A stretch of 64,000 nt of DNA from the NCBI GenBank assembly GCA_038087875.1, contig CM075991.1:1984001-2048000 (forward strand), read 5' to 3'. The notes under the pieces were generated by a model, which did not search any database, had not been told where the DNA came from, and saw nothing but the letters and a program-made list of their open reading frames with translations. A program made the translations under genes and the position numbers. Within the stretch, counting starts at the first letter, position 1. Each line of letters begins with the position of its first letter. Below, piece by piece: positions 12,528 through 24,960 of this stretch. The DNA comes from Malacoraja senta. Its lineage: Eukaryota.

Positions 12528-13129
12528 CAGAAGTATTGTGTTCAGCTTTCATCACCCTGCGACAGGAAGGATGTCTTTAAGCTGAAAAGAGTGAAGGGAA
12601 GATTTACGAGGATGTTGTAAGGGCTGAAGAGCATGGACTATGGGGAGAGATAGGCTGGGACTTTATTCAGTGGAGCGCAGGAGGATGAGGGGTGATCTTG
12701 TAGAAGTGTACAAGTTCATGGTGGAGGTGGAATGAGAGTTGTGGCTTCGGGAGAGCTCTGCATGTGACCCGGTGTGGTGGTCCAGAGGAGAAAGACTGAT
12801 GATGTAACAGTGGAGTCCCCAGCAGCACACCCTGGTAGCAGTAGATACTGTAGCACGGCTTTAGGGGCATCAACCCACATTTGACCAATGTTAATACAAG
12901 GAACTGCAGATGCTGGTTTGCAAAAAAAGGACACAAAGAGCTGGAGTAACTCAGGCACTTTGTGTCTGTCTTGAAGTATTGTGTTTAGTTTTGGTCACCC
13001 TGCTCTAGGAAGGATGTCTTTAAGCTGACAAGAGTGAAGATTTACGAGGATATTTGCCAGGAATGAATGTGCATGGACTGTGGGGAGAGGTTGGACCAGG
13101 CTGGGACCTTGTTCCATGGGGTGCAGGAG

Positions 13130-13593
13130 GGACTGTCATATACTGAGAGAATGGAGCAGCTGGACTTGTACACTCTGGAGTTTAGAAGGATGAGAGGGGA
13201 TCTGATTGAAACACATAAGATTGTTAAGGGCTTGGACACACTAGAGGCAGGAAACATGTTCCCGATGTTGGGGGAGTCCAGAACCAGGGGCCACAGTTTA
13301 AGGATAAGGCGTATGCCATTTGGAACGGAGACGAGGAAACAGTTTTTCTCACAGAGAGTGGTGAGTCTGTGGAAATCTCTGCCTCAGAGGGCAGTGGAGG
13401 CAGGTTCTCTGGATGCTTTCAAGAGAGAGCTAGATAGGGCTCTTAAAAATAGCGGAGTCAGGGGATATGGGGAGAAGTCAGGAACGGGGTACTGATTGGG
13501 GATGATCAGCCATGATCACATTGAATGGTGGTGCTGGCACGAAGGGCCAAATGTCCTACTCCTGCACCTATTGTCTATTGTCAATTGTCTATT
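13130..13593 (+). mobile_element. CR1 LINE 3' fragment, (TATTGTC)n-tail subfamily
   Basis: ORF 13067-13495 (LEFRRMRGDLIET, TRGHS) plus 3' hairpin and tail. Confidence 0.85.
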
Positions 13594-14119
13594 GATGACG
13601 GGCACTGCTGAGTTACTAAAGCGCTTTGTGTCTTCACTTGACCGATATTTTTAGACAGAGTTTTAATTTTAGAGATACAGCATGGAAGAGTTCCATCAGC
13701 ACATGGAGTCCGCACCAACCACCGATCACATGTTCACACTAATTCTATATTATCTCTCTTTCGCATCCACTCCCTACACACAAGACAATTTACAGAGCCA
13801 TTTGTCCTACAAACCCGCACGTCTTTGAGGGGTGGGCGGAAACTGGAGCACCCGGAAGAAACCCACGTGGTCACAGGGAGAACATGCAATCTTCGTACAC
13901 ACAGAACCCGTAGTCAGGATCGAACCTGTGCCTTTGTCTCTATAAGGCAGTAACTCTACCGCTGCACCACCATGCCGTCCCAATCATTAAATAAGTTTTA
14001 AAAATCCTAATATAAACAATATTCAGAATAGAAATTAAGTTCAAAATAAAAACTGCGCGAAAACCTTCCTACATTCTCAGTGTCTATTGTCAGTAATGTT
14101 CACACATGGCTTTCAACAA

Positions 14120-14827
14120 AGCAGACACAAAATGCTGGAGTAACTCAGCGGGACAGGCAGCATCTCTGGAGAGAAGGAATGGGTGACGTTTCGGGTCGAG
14201 ACCCTTCCTCAGACTGAACAAGGGGTCAAGGAAAGAGCGTTCACGTCGCGGCCCTGTTTCCACTAATCTTTCCACCACCACCACGCACAAGAAGCACAAG
14301 AAGCGGCAAGACAGACACCATTGTATGCAGATGCCGAGAAGCGTGTTCAGCTCTGGCTGAACAACTTCTAATCTTGTGTGTGGACTCGATAAGAAGAAGA
14401 CTGAACAAAGCACCCTTGCCTCTCATGTGGCCCCTGGGGTGATATCCCTTCACTTGTTTGAGGGGTGTCCCCATCGGACTCTGTCCCTCAATGTCCAGCA
14501 AAGACCCTTGCATTCCCTCTCTCTCCATCCCCCCCACCCCACCCTAGTTATCCTGCCAGTTCCACTGTTCGTATCCCATCGTTATCACCTCCTCCACAGC
14601 CAACAATGGACCATTGTGGGCTCCTAGTTCATCAATGCGGGCTCTAATTTGTTCTGTGCCCTTTTCATACCTCTAGTTTGCCTCTCCCTAAACTCTGAAG
14701 ATGGGTCTCGACTCCGAAACATTGCCTGTTCCTTTTTCTCCAGAGATGCTGCCTGACCAGCTAAGTTACTCCAGCTCTTTGTGTCTATCTTCGGTGTAAA
14801 CTAGCATCTGCAGTTCCTTCCTGCACA
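14120..14827. mobile_element. Penelope-like pLTR with inverted 5' arm and hammerhead motifs
   Basis: Inverted arm at 14120-14216 and direct copy at about 14400-14827; CTGANGA-stem-GAAAC motifs at 14181-14216 (-) and about 14694-14727 (+). Confidence 0.6.
14181..14216 (-). ncRNA. Minimal type I hammerhead ribozyme-like motif
   Basis: Minus strand reads CAGU-CUGAGGA-A-GGGUC-UC-GACCC-GAAAC-GUC-ACCC. Catalytic core intact, stem III palindromic and minimal, stem I only about 2 bp. Confidence 0.5.
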
Positions 14828-14879
14828 ATTATGGACCATATATACTTCCACAAGGCATTAACAAACCACCAACATGGCT

Positions 14880-15978
14880 TTAGACAGGGTCGACATGTGA
14901 AACCCAACTGGCGGGACTCATCGATGATCTAGCCAGGTCACTCGATAACAAGGGTCAGACTGACCTGATTATATTAGACTTCAGTAAGGCTTTTGATAAG
15001 GTTCCCCATAAGCGGCTCCTGTACAAGCTCAACCATGTAGGAATAGACGGCAACCTCTTAAAATGGATTGAGATCTTTTTGACAAGGAGACACCAGCGAG
15101 TCCTCTTGGAGGGAGAGTTGTCTATTGAAACTTCTGTGACATCAGGTGTACCACAGGGGACTGTCATAGGTCCATTGCTCTTCCTACTGTATATCCATGA
15201 CATTCCAAATGCAGTTTCGTCCAGAGTTCGACTCTTCGCAGATGATGCCACAATTTATAGAGAGAGTAAAACACCAGAAGACAGCTTGTCCTTACAGAAG
15301 GATCTGGATGCTCTCAGTGAGGGGGGAAAACCTGGCAGATGTCGTTCAATACAACCAAATGTCATACCGTGCATGTCTCACACAAGATTAAACCATTTTT
15401 ATCAGAATACAACACGGGTAGCCATACATTGCTTGCTGTCGACCATCACCCCTATCTAGGAGTCGAATTAAGCAAAGATTTAAGTTGGGCAACGCATATT
15501 AGTCAAGTGTCTAACAAGGCAAATAGAACTCTCAGCCTTCTCAAGAGAAATGTTCACGCATGTAGTACATCCGCCAAAGAGAATACCTAGAAGTTCTTGG
15601 TCAGGCCCAAATTGGAGTATTGTGGAGCCGTATGGGATCCTTTCAACAACAACAACAAGATCACCCTGGAGAAAGTACAACGGCGAGCAGCCCGCTTTGT
15701 ATGTAATGACTACAAGCACAAATCAAGCGTGAATAATATCCTGACTTCCCTCGGATGGATACCCTAGAGCTCCGCAGAATCAGGCTAAGACTTGTTGCAA
15801 TTTACAAGGAGATTCACAAAATCACACCATCAAATCTCCCATCATCCCAGAGCACCAACTGCCATGAAACGACAAAATAACGGTCCCTGCATCATCAACT
15901 CGCTAAATGTCAATAAAATTTGCTGCCAATATTCCCTTCACCCAAGGACGATAAGGGACTGGAATAGGTTACCTCCCG
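14880..15978 (+). mobile_element. Divergent CR1/L2-group LINE RT fragment, distinct from the resident HER1-like CR1s
   Basis: [72 protein letters not shown], with frameshifts. Confidence 0.8.
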
Positions 15979-16560
15979 CTCTGCAGAGGGTAGTGAGGGG
16001 AGCAGAGAGGATCATTGGCTTACAAGAACTGTTCCAGAGCCGCTGCCTGAAAAAGCACTGAGCATTGCAAAGGACACACTGCACCCCCTCCACACACACC
16101 TGGATCTCCTGCCATCAGGCAAGAGATACGGCAGCATCAAAGCCCGGACAACCAGACTGCTAAACAGCTTCCTTCCACAGGCTGCTAAACAGTCACTCCA
16201 CCTGATTCTGCTGCTTTTTTTTTGCACTGACACTTTGAATGAATGAATGAATGAATGAATGAATGAATGAATGAATGATAGAATGAATAGTTTATTTCGG
16301 TCATTCATTAAAAATAACAAAACTTTACAATCTGTGTGAATATGAATCAACACTGTATCCAATTTCACACAATGTTCACATAATCAATGACCGAAAAAAG
16401 AATAGGCTGAAGCCACAAAGCTTATTTTTGCCTATCCTATACAATCCATAAAATAACCCAGAATATCAGCATTACAACGGAAAGAAAATAAATAAAATTT
16501 ACTCTAAATTGTAATCCTTACTTATTTTACATTTTAATCATTTTATATTATAATCCTTAA

Positions 16561-19500
16561 TTTTACTTCGGAGTCACGACAGTGATTCCATGAAGAAGAC
16601 CCGTCAGGGCGCATGCGCGTCATTACGTTTGACACATTGGCGCACGGACCAGCGGGAGGACAGAGCTCCTCCTGTGGTAAATACTTTTAAAGTAATTTTA
16701 AACTCCATCTAATTGGGAAAACTTACCTGGAGTAAGAAGTTGTTTTGCTGTGGTGCCGTGCTTTGTTTTTATACCAGGCACCGTGGTTGAAGACGACCAG
16801 GGGGAGGCGAGCCGCCGGTAAGCAGGTGAGCCGCGGGAATGTGGTCTGTGAGCGGCTGCCTCATACCCCTGCACAGTCGCCGACCGGGAGCGGGGCGACT
16901 GCAGACTCCGTGCTACAAAGCACCAAAGCCAACGACAGTCGGGCATAAGGCCATGGGGAAGTCTGGGAGGCCCTCGGGCTCAACTGAGTTGGGCCGCGAC
17001 GAGTCCCGTACGGGGCTGGAGACCGTTTTTTAAACGGTTATCCCAAATGGAGCACCTCATTCAGGGGTTGCTTCAGTAACGCACACTCCAGGGGGAGGAG
17101 TCGTGTGGGCGGCAGGCCTGCAGAAGAGGCCGCGCCGGCAGCACCTGGAAGAGGGCTGCTTGAAGCACCTCATGGATGAGGTGAGTGCAGAGGGTCAGCT
17201 AAGTTCTGACCCCGACTCTGACGGTGACTTGGAACTTAGCGAAGACGGCCGTTGTCAGAGGTCCATTCTCTGGCAGCACGATTCGCTGTCTCGTCAGAGT
17301 CTGGTGTGCCAATGGGAGAAGAGCTGGCCTCCACGATATAGAGGCTGCTGGATAGCATCCTCATTGAAAAGGCACCTGCAGAGGGTCAGCTCAGTTCTGA
17401 CCCGACTCTGACGGTGACTTCGTTGACTAGCGAAGACGGCCGTTGTCAGAGGTCCATCTCTGGCAGCAAGATTCGCTGTCTGGAACTGCCAAGAAACAGG
17501 AAACCCGGGTAACTGCGAGTTGCTGAAGGTGCCAGCAGTGAACCGGGTGATATGGAGCCAGATGGGCGTGGGCGTGCAGTGCCCAGGTAATGAAGCTGCA
17601 GAGAATCCTGAAATTACTTGGCTCAGGAATCACGGCGTTCGCTAGAACGGTGGATGGAGGGCATCTGTTGGAGAAGCAGCAAGAGGTACTAGGGTTGCTT
17701 TGTAGCGCCCATTTTGAGATAAATTGTCTCAGGGAAAGTGCCATTCGGCCCACCATTAATCCCAAGTTTGCAGTACTCTGCCAGCCCATCAACATACAGC
17801 CGGCCAACCTACTCTTCGGAGAGGACCTCGCCAAGCGTGTCAAGGACATGGATGAAGAGGCAAAGACGGAGGGTTGATCAAGCCACCGGCGGTCGGCAAG
17901 TTTCGAAAAAAGAAAGCACCGCTACAAACGAGGCTGGACCAGGAACAAGTCGGCCGCAATGCAGATGTGCAGGTGGCATTCTGCAGCGGGAACACGGTCA
18001 AACGTCGGCTTTCCGCCAGGAGCCGGGGACAACGTGATCCACCAGGTACCAAGGAGGTAGGTGGGCCTGGTTCTCAGGTGCACATATCAAATGTGACACA
18101 ACTTAAATCTGGGGGTACATTACATCTGTTCTGGGATGAATGGAAGCAAATTATCTCAGCTCTGTTTATACTGAGTGTTATTCAAGGGTTTCGAATGGAG
18201 TTCAATCCCAATTGTGATTTGCACATTCAGCATGTTCCTGGGAGAACTGTTCAGTTTTCATTAACAGAACAGATGGATGTTTAGACTGTGCTTGTGTGAT
18301 AAAGGTGTAATTGGAAAGTCGGTTCACCAACGCCATCAATTTGTGTCTAATATTTTCCCAGGCCAAAAAAGGATGGGGGATGTAGTGGAGACTTTGTAAG
18401 ATGGAATTGTCACTGCCAAGCAACTGGGTCAAGAGGATGCTATATGGCGACTATAGAGCTTAAAGATGCAGATTACTCAATGTCTGTTCATTTGCAGGAT
18501 AGAGGATATTTGAAATTCACCTGGATGGATCAACTATGGCACAAAATTGTTAAAACCTATAATAGGCATGCTGAGAGGCCAGGGTCAGGTGCTCATGGCT
18601 TATCTCGATGATATCTTGATTACAGGGGTATCCAAGAGAACAGCTGAAGTAACCGGTGGTAGTTGTTAAATCCAATTTTCAATGATTGGGCATTATCCAT
18701 CCAGAGAAATCCAAATTAACACCTGACTATTTGGGTCACAATTGATTCAATTAAGTGACTCTGCCCAGGGGAAAAGGGTAGAGCTAATTGACAGCAGTAT
18801 CAAGCTAATGGAGGCACTAAGGATACATTCGGGTCATTATAATAGACCTATGCAGTTATCAGCAGAGGCTGTTTCTGATTTGCAATGGTGGATTCACCAT
18901 GTGTCCAGGAGTTCTAGCAAGATAGTGCTTGACCAGCCTTCCATGATTTTGCAGATGAATGTCAGTGCACTCGGTTGGGTTGTCACGGATACGAGTTTCA
19001 GCTGTGGAGGCAGATGGACTGAGCAAGAGGCATCGCTTCTGCAGACATGAGGAATTAACTATAAAGAGCTTTTTATGGATAAGGCTTATTGCTCTAACAA
19101 AGGTAACCTGCATGTTCAGTTTCAGATTGACAATATTACGGCAGTGGCATATATATTAATCACATCGGTGGAATCAAGTCGGTATCTTGTGACAGATTGG
19201 CTAATCAAATTTGGGCCTGGTGTATTGAGAAAGATATTTGGTTTTCAGCTATTTATCTACCAGGTAGATTCAACATAGTAGCAGACGCCAAGTCACGGAA
19301 GTTCCATGACAACACAGATTGGATGTTGAACCAGGAGGTGTTCAATAATATAGTACTTATATATGAATGCCAGATATCGATTTGTTTTGCATCGAGGTTT
19401 AACCACCAGCTGCCTAAATATGTTTCATGGGAACCAGACCAGGGGGCAGTTGCAATTGATGCTTTCTCGCTACATTGGGGTGGTATGTTTTTATATATTT

Positions 19501-21810
19501 TCCCACCATTCTGCCTCATAGGTCGGAGTCTGCAAAAATCAAGCAGGATGCCGCTTCGGGGGTGCTTGTAATACCTAATTGCCCGACTCAAGCTTGGTTC
19601 CCTTTGATGTTACAGTTAGCGATCCAACCTCCTTTGGTGGTTCCCAAGCATAGGAATTTATTGGAGCATCCGCTAACACGGAAAGGCATCCGTTATGTGA
19701 TCGTATTTGACTTGTTAATTTGCAGGTTTTAAGAAGGCCATACCTGGGGCGAGGACTGTCTGGGCGAATGGTGGACATGCTCACTGCAGCCTGGAGAAAG
19801 AGTACACAAAAGCGGTATATTACTTATGTAAAAAATGGGAGCAATATTGTGTACAAAATAATATTGACTATAGTACTGCAGGTATTGTGGATATTTTAGA
19901 GTTCCTGTCGACACTCTACGATGATGAGGGGCTCAGTTATATTGCCATTAATACAGCTTTACGTGCTTTGTCCTCGTATATTTTGATGGTGTCAGGAAAA
20001 GATCCTATTGGGTTTTCATCATCTCATAGCTCGATTGATGAAAGGAATTTCAACTCCAAACCTCCTAAACCCAGGAATATGGCGATCTGGGATGTAAGTG
20101 TGGTCCTCAAGATGCTTCGACAGTGGGTTCCTGTCACGTCTCTGAATTTGCCAAACTAACCATGAATGTGGTCATGCTCATGGCATTAGTTCAGCATAGC
20201 GAGTGCAGATTTTGCAAAAGTTTCAGCTAGACAGGATGGAAGTGGCTGAAGAGAATGTTATGTTATATATTTGCGCCCTGCTCAAACAGAGCAGGCCAGG
20301 TGTCACAGGTTTGTTAAAATTGTGTAATGGTACATTTATTTTCATTATATTGAAGCTACAAGGACCTTAAGAAATGTGAAACAGGATTGTTTATCAGTTA
20401 CAAGAAACCACACAGGAGAGTGTCAGTGCAGACTATCTCAAGGTGGTTTAAATCAAATGTTGATTCAGGCAGGTATTAACACTGACGTGTATATATCTTT
20501 TTCCACTAGTGCAGCAGCAACGTCGCCGGCTAGGGCGATGGATGTTCCCATCGACCATATTCTTACAGGTCAAATGAATTGCTTTTTCAATTTTTTTTTT
20601 ACCATCGGCCGATTGCCGATCGGGGAGAGGCTGTTTGCAAATTCAGTATTAAGTTCTGTTTAGTTTTCCCTGGGATAGAGGGGTTACTGTGTTTTGATTA
20701 TTCAAATCAATTGTTACTGCATGATATTCAAATTTCATGTTTAACGCATTATTGATTGTTTCTCATCCGAAGTCAATCAATGCAGTGAGAAGCCTGGATT
20801 TGAATCCGCGGCATAAAATCACAGAGCTTTGAACTCTTCATGGAATCACTGTCGTGACTCCGAAGTAATCATAGCAAAAGGATTTGAGTATAGGAGCAGC
20901 GAGGTTCTACTGCAGTTGTACAGGGTCTTGGTGAGACCACACCTGGAGTATTGCATATAGTTTTGGTCTCCAAATTTGAGGAAAGACATTCTGCCATAGA
21001 GGGAGTACAGAGAAGGTTCACCAGATTGATTCCTGGGATGTCAGGAATTTCATATGAAGAAAGACTGGATAGACTCGGCTTGTACTCGCTAGAATTTAGA
21101 AGATTGAGGGGGGATCTTATAGAAACTTACAAAATTCTTAAGGGGTTGGACAGGCTAGATGCAGAAGATTGTTCCCCGTGTTGGGGAAGTCCAGGTCAAG
21201 GGGTCGCAGTTTAAGGATTAAAGGGAAATCCTTTAGGACCGAGATGAGAAAAACATTTTTCACACAGAGAGTGGTGAATCTCTGGAACTCTCTGCCACAG
21301 AAGGTAGTTGAGGCCAGTTCATTGGCTATATTTAAGAGGGAGTTAGATGTGGCCCTTGTGGCTAAAGGGATCAGGGGTATGGAGAGAAGGCAGGTACAGG
21401 ATACTGAGTTGGATGATCAGCCATGATCATATTGAATGGCGGTGCAGGCTCGAAGGGCCGAATGGCCTACTCCTGTACCTATTTTCTATGTTTCTATGTT
21501 TCTATGTAAAATAGTAAGATTAAACGAGAACTTACCAGTTTGAAGTTTGATCTTTATTTTATGAGGAGTTACGTTGGTGATTACGTGCCCACCACGCCCA
21601 ACCCGCTCTCATAAAAGGTCATATGGTAGTTTTCATGTTGCTCATCTTACTATGTTACTTCAAATATTCTGTTATCTGTGATTTCATACCGCTGCTTTGA
21701 AGATTGACGCGCATGCGCCCTGATGGGTCTTCTTCACGTAATCACCAACGCAACTCCTCATAACATAAAGATCAAACTTCAAACTGGTAAGTTCTCGTTT
21801 AATCTTACTA
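16561..21810 (+). mobile_element. DIRS1-type tyrosine-recombinase retrotransposon: complete termini, decayed ORFs
   Basis: Left ITR 16561-16622; right ITR plus extension about 21705-21810; internal complementary region at about 20836-20868 and 21506-21586. Remnants of gag, RT (YLDD), RNase H, methylase (FASRFNHQLPKY, IFPPF) and recombinase. Confidence 0.92.
20869..21505 (+). mobile_element. CR1 3' fragment inserted into the DIRS internal complementary region
   Basis: Same subfamily as 7052-8060, with (TTTCTATG)n tail; splits CCGAAGTAA|AATAGTAAG. Confidence 0.9.
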
Positions 21811-22917
21811 TTATTTTACATTTTAAAGCTTTTTTGAAACTCAACAGAGAGCTACAAAATTTCAACATCACTAAGCCCGTTCCATAATTTGACTCCCAAA
21901 ACTGAGACACATCTATATTTTACATTGATTCTCACTTTACATGTTTCAAAAATACACAACCCTCTTAAATCATAATGTCCTTCTCTTAATTTAATTTTTT
22001 TGAATACTAATAGGAAGGCTTTTATTCCTAACTCGGAAAAGTATTTCTAATGTCTTTACATGCACAATATCCAAAAAATTTAAGGTACCGGACTTTATGA
22101 ATAATGGATTTGTAGTTTCACGGTAAGAAGCTTTATGTATTATTCTAATAGCTCTTTTCTGGAGTTTAATTATAGGGTCTATATTTGTTTTATATACACT
22201 TTACTAACAAACTCTGGCACTGCCCACTTAAATCATCAGCCCTGGACAATTTATGACTGTTTTTACTTGTATTTTAGTGTTGTTTTTTACCTGCACTTTT
22301 AAAAAACTATTCCTACTGTTTTTATCCGGGGCTGGATTGTTTTTATTTATGTGTGAAATGTTTAAGTTTTATGTGTGATGCTCTGGTATTCCCTGGGAAA
22401 CGTCTTCTCATTTTGCACTGTACAACTGCTGCTTTGCAAGATGACAATAATAAAGGATTTGATTTGATTTGATTTGAACACACGCGCTGCTCCCGATGTT
22501 AAAAAGTCATTTAAAAAAGGGGTTTGGGCAACTAGATCTCCTCAACTTGGTCAAGAAGGCCCACTTCAAAATGTTCAAGAAGGAACTGCAGATGCTGGAA
22601 AATCGAAGGTAGACAAAATTGCTGGAGAAACTCAGCGGTGAGGCAGCATCTATGGAGCGAAGGAAATAGGCAACCCGTTGGGTTTCGGCCCGAAACGTTG
22701 CCTATTTCCTTCCGAAATATTGCCTATTTCCTTCGCTCCATAGATGCTGCCTCGCCCACTGAGTTTCTCCAGCAATTTTGTCTACCTTCCACTTCAAAAT
22801 GTAATTGCTCCTCTACTTACTCCAACCTGCGCGATATATCCACTGATGAGGTGTTTGCGCAGTGATCAACCAGAACCAGATCTCATTCTAAGTGTTGGGG
22901 GGGGAAAGAAGTCAAAG

Positions 22918-23175
22918 AGCAGCATCCCTCTTCCCATCAGAACTGCCCCCTCCATCGACTCCTTTAAGTCGAGACTTAAAACTCATCTCTACTCCCAAGC
23001 CTTTCTTGACGTCCTCTGAGCGAGGGGCTATATGTATGTAGGGATGTTTGTATTTAATCTATGAACCACTGTTGTATGTTTTCTATTCTTATACCAATGT
23101 AAAGCACTTTGGCCAACGAGAGTTGTTTTGTAAATGTGCTATATAAATAAAAGTGACTTGACTTGACTTGACTTG
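22918..23175 (+). mobile_element. L2 LINE 3' end (second copy at about 34625-34840)
   Basis: IRTAPSIDSFKSRLKTHLYSQAF, TGTAAAGCACTTTG...GTGCTATATAAAT tail, (GACTT)n. Confidence 0.8.
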
Positions 23176-23278
23176 AAAGCAACTAGCTGAGAAGTTTGGC
23201 GAGAAGCAGCGAGTTGAACGTCTTGGGTTTGAGATCATCAGTGTCTTTATCCCTCCCTCCCTCTCGCTCTCCCTGCAG

Positions 23279-23384
23279 CTCAGGAGCCTCGGGCCACATG
23301 CGAATAAAAGGTAAAGAAAGAGGAAGATTCTTCGAAAAGGACCTCCAAACCCGTGCGTGGGAGCGGGGACGTATCACCGAGGCG
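23279..23384 (+). other. Candidate upstream (5' UTR) exon of FGFR1 in a CpG-containing unique island (about 23180-23950)
   Basis: Long pyrimidine tract plus CTGCAG| acceptor and a strong GCG|GTGAGT donor; no transcript evidence. Confidence 0.35.
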
Positions 23385-23959
23385 GTGAGTGAATTGCAGC
23401 GGCGCTGGTCAGTTTCAATGTGAGATTTCACTTGGAGAACAGTTGGAGCGATGTGGATGTGTTGCAAACTTTCTGAGTACAACTCGGCGGCTTTGTACCA
23501 AGTCGGCCGCCAGCGCCGAGCTCACTCCCAGAGCGGTTGTTTCACCCCCCCCCCTCCCCCCCTTTGTATAGATTCCAGCCATCTCCGTCCTCCTCGTCAA
23601 TGTGAAAAATATGTTTGAGGAACTTTTTCTTTTACACGCTGCGGCGCTTAGATTGCTTCCAAGCGCTTAACTTCCCCCTCTCTCCAGCTGTTTGTTCTAT
23701 TCCCCTCCATGGAGTTTGGTTTTATGTGCGTGTATGTGTGTGATTTTTCTTCCTTTCACGCAGTTAGTGTTTTTGAACGCCTGCACCGCACGCTATGGCG
23801 AGGGGAAAGACTTCAGATAATCAAATGCACTGAATTATCATCGCCTATTGTTCCTTCTTGGGGTTGAAACCAAGACTTCGCCGTTCTTTCTTTCTCTTGC
23901 TCCCATTATAAGGAGCTTCGATGAAAAGTATTTTTCTTCCTACCAAGTTTTCCCTATGA

Positions 23960-24545
23960 TATCTCCTGCCCCGATCTCCCCCCTCCCCTTTCCCCCCAAT
24001 CTCCCCCCTCCTCCTTCCTGGTCTCTCCCCCCCTCCTCATCTCTGCCCCTCTCGACACCCCCCCCCCCGCCCCGATCTCTCTCCCGTCCTGCACTCCCCC
24101 CTTCCCGCTCTCTCCCCACCGACTTCTCTATCCATCCCAGCTCCCAATATTCCCCACCTCCTCCCAATCACCCCCCAGTCTCTCCCCCTCACGATCACTC
24201 CCAGCTCCCAATATTCCCAATCTCTCACCACTCCACTCTCATCCCATCTCCACTCTCCCAATCTCTCTCTCCCCCTCCCAATCTCTCCCTTCATCATCCC
24301 CCCACCCTCGCAATCTCTCCCCCTCCCTCCCCTCGCAATCTCTCCCCTTCCCAATCTTGCCCCCCATCTCTCTACCCCTCCCAATTTTTCCTCCCAACCA
24401 CCACCACCCCCCCCCCGTTTTCCAACCCCACCATCTGATCTCTCCCCCTCCCAATCTCCCTCCCCAACCTCCCCCTCCAAATCTCGCCTCTTGCAATCCC
24501 ATCTCCCCCCCTCCCAATCTTCTTCCCCCCCCTTCCAATCTCCCG
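23960..24545. repeat. C-rich low-complexity tract
   Basis: C/T runs with recurrent CCCAATCTC motifs. Confidence 0.9.
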
Positions 24546-24599
24546 CTCCAGAGGTTTCTGCCATAAATAGAGATGCGCTGACCTGTTGAACATCCTGAG

Positions 24600-24960
24600 T
24601 TTAAAGTCTCCACCACCTCAAACAGGCAGCCAGCATCATCAGAGACCCACACCACCCTGGCCACGTTCTCATCTCACCCCTGCCATCGGGAAGAAGGTAC
24701 AGGAGCCTGAAAACTGTAACATCCAGGTTCAGGAACAGCTACTTCCCTACACCCTTCAGGCTATTAAACACTACATCCTCCAAATAGGCTCCAAACTGCA
24801 TAGACATTATTGTTGCACTATTATTGTCTATATGTTTAGTTATATGTTGTATATTATGGGTTATACAGTGTACCATGTTTACGTATCTGTCGTGCTGCTG
24901 CAAGTTAGAATTCCATTGTTCCGCTTTAGGGCACATGACAATAAAACACTTGACTCTTGA
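24600..24960 (+). mobile_element. Rex1-like LINE 3' fragment
   Basis: LPSGRRYRSL-like coding remnant; GACAATAAA followed by a CTTGACT repeat tail. Confidence 0.6.

Larger units (their letters stand above)
16237..22200 (-). mobile_element. Crack/L2-group LINE 3' fragment (16237-16560 and 21811-22200), interrupted by a DIRS element
   Basis: Minus strand IIKLQKRAIRIIHKASYRETTNPLFIKS ... VSVLGVKLWNGL; (ATTC)n tail at about 16237-16285. Confidence 0.7.
15980..22478 (+). mobile_element. Rex1/Babar LINE 3' fragment (15980-16236 and about 22205-22478), host to nested elements
   Basis: LQRVVRGAERIIG, LLPSGKRYGSIKARTTRLLNSF; the 3' UTR resumes after 22200 and ends in (GATTT)n. Confidence 0.7.

Noticed and set aside
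17187..17480. About 104-bp direct duplication inside the DIRS gag region
   Set aside because: Real, but most simply a decay rearrangement in a dead copy.
23848..24664. Pro-rich and Gly-rich ORFs (also 38285-38875)
   Set aside because: Translations of C-rich low-complexity DNA.
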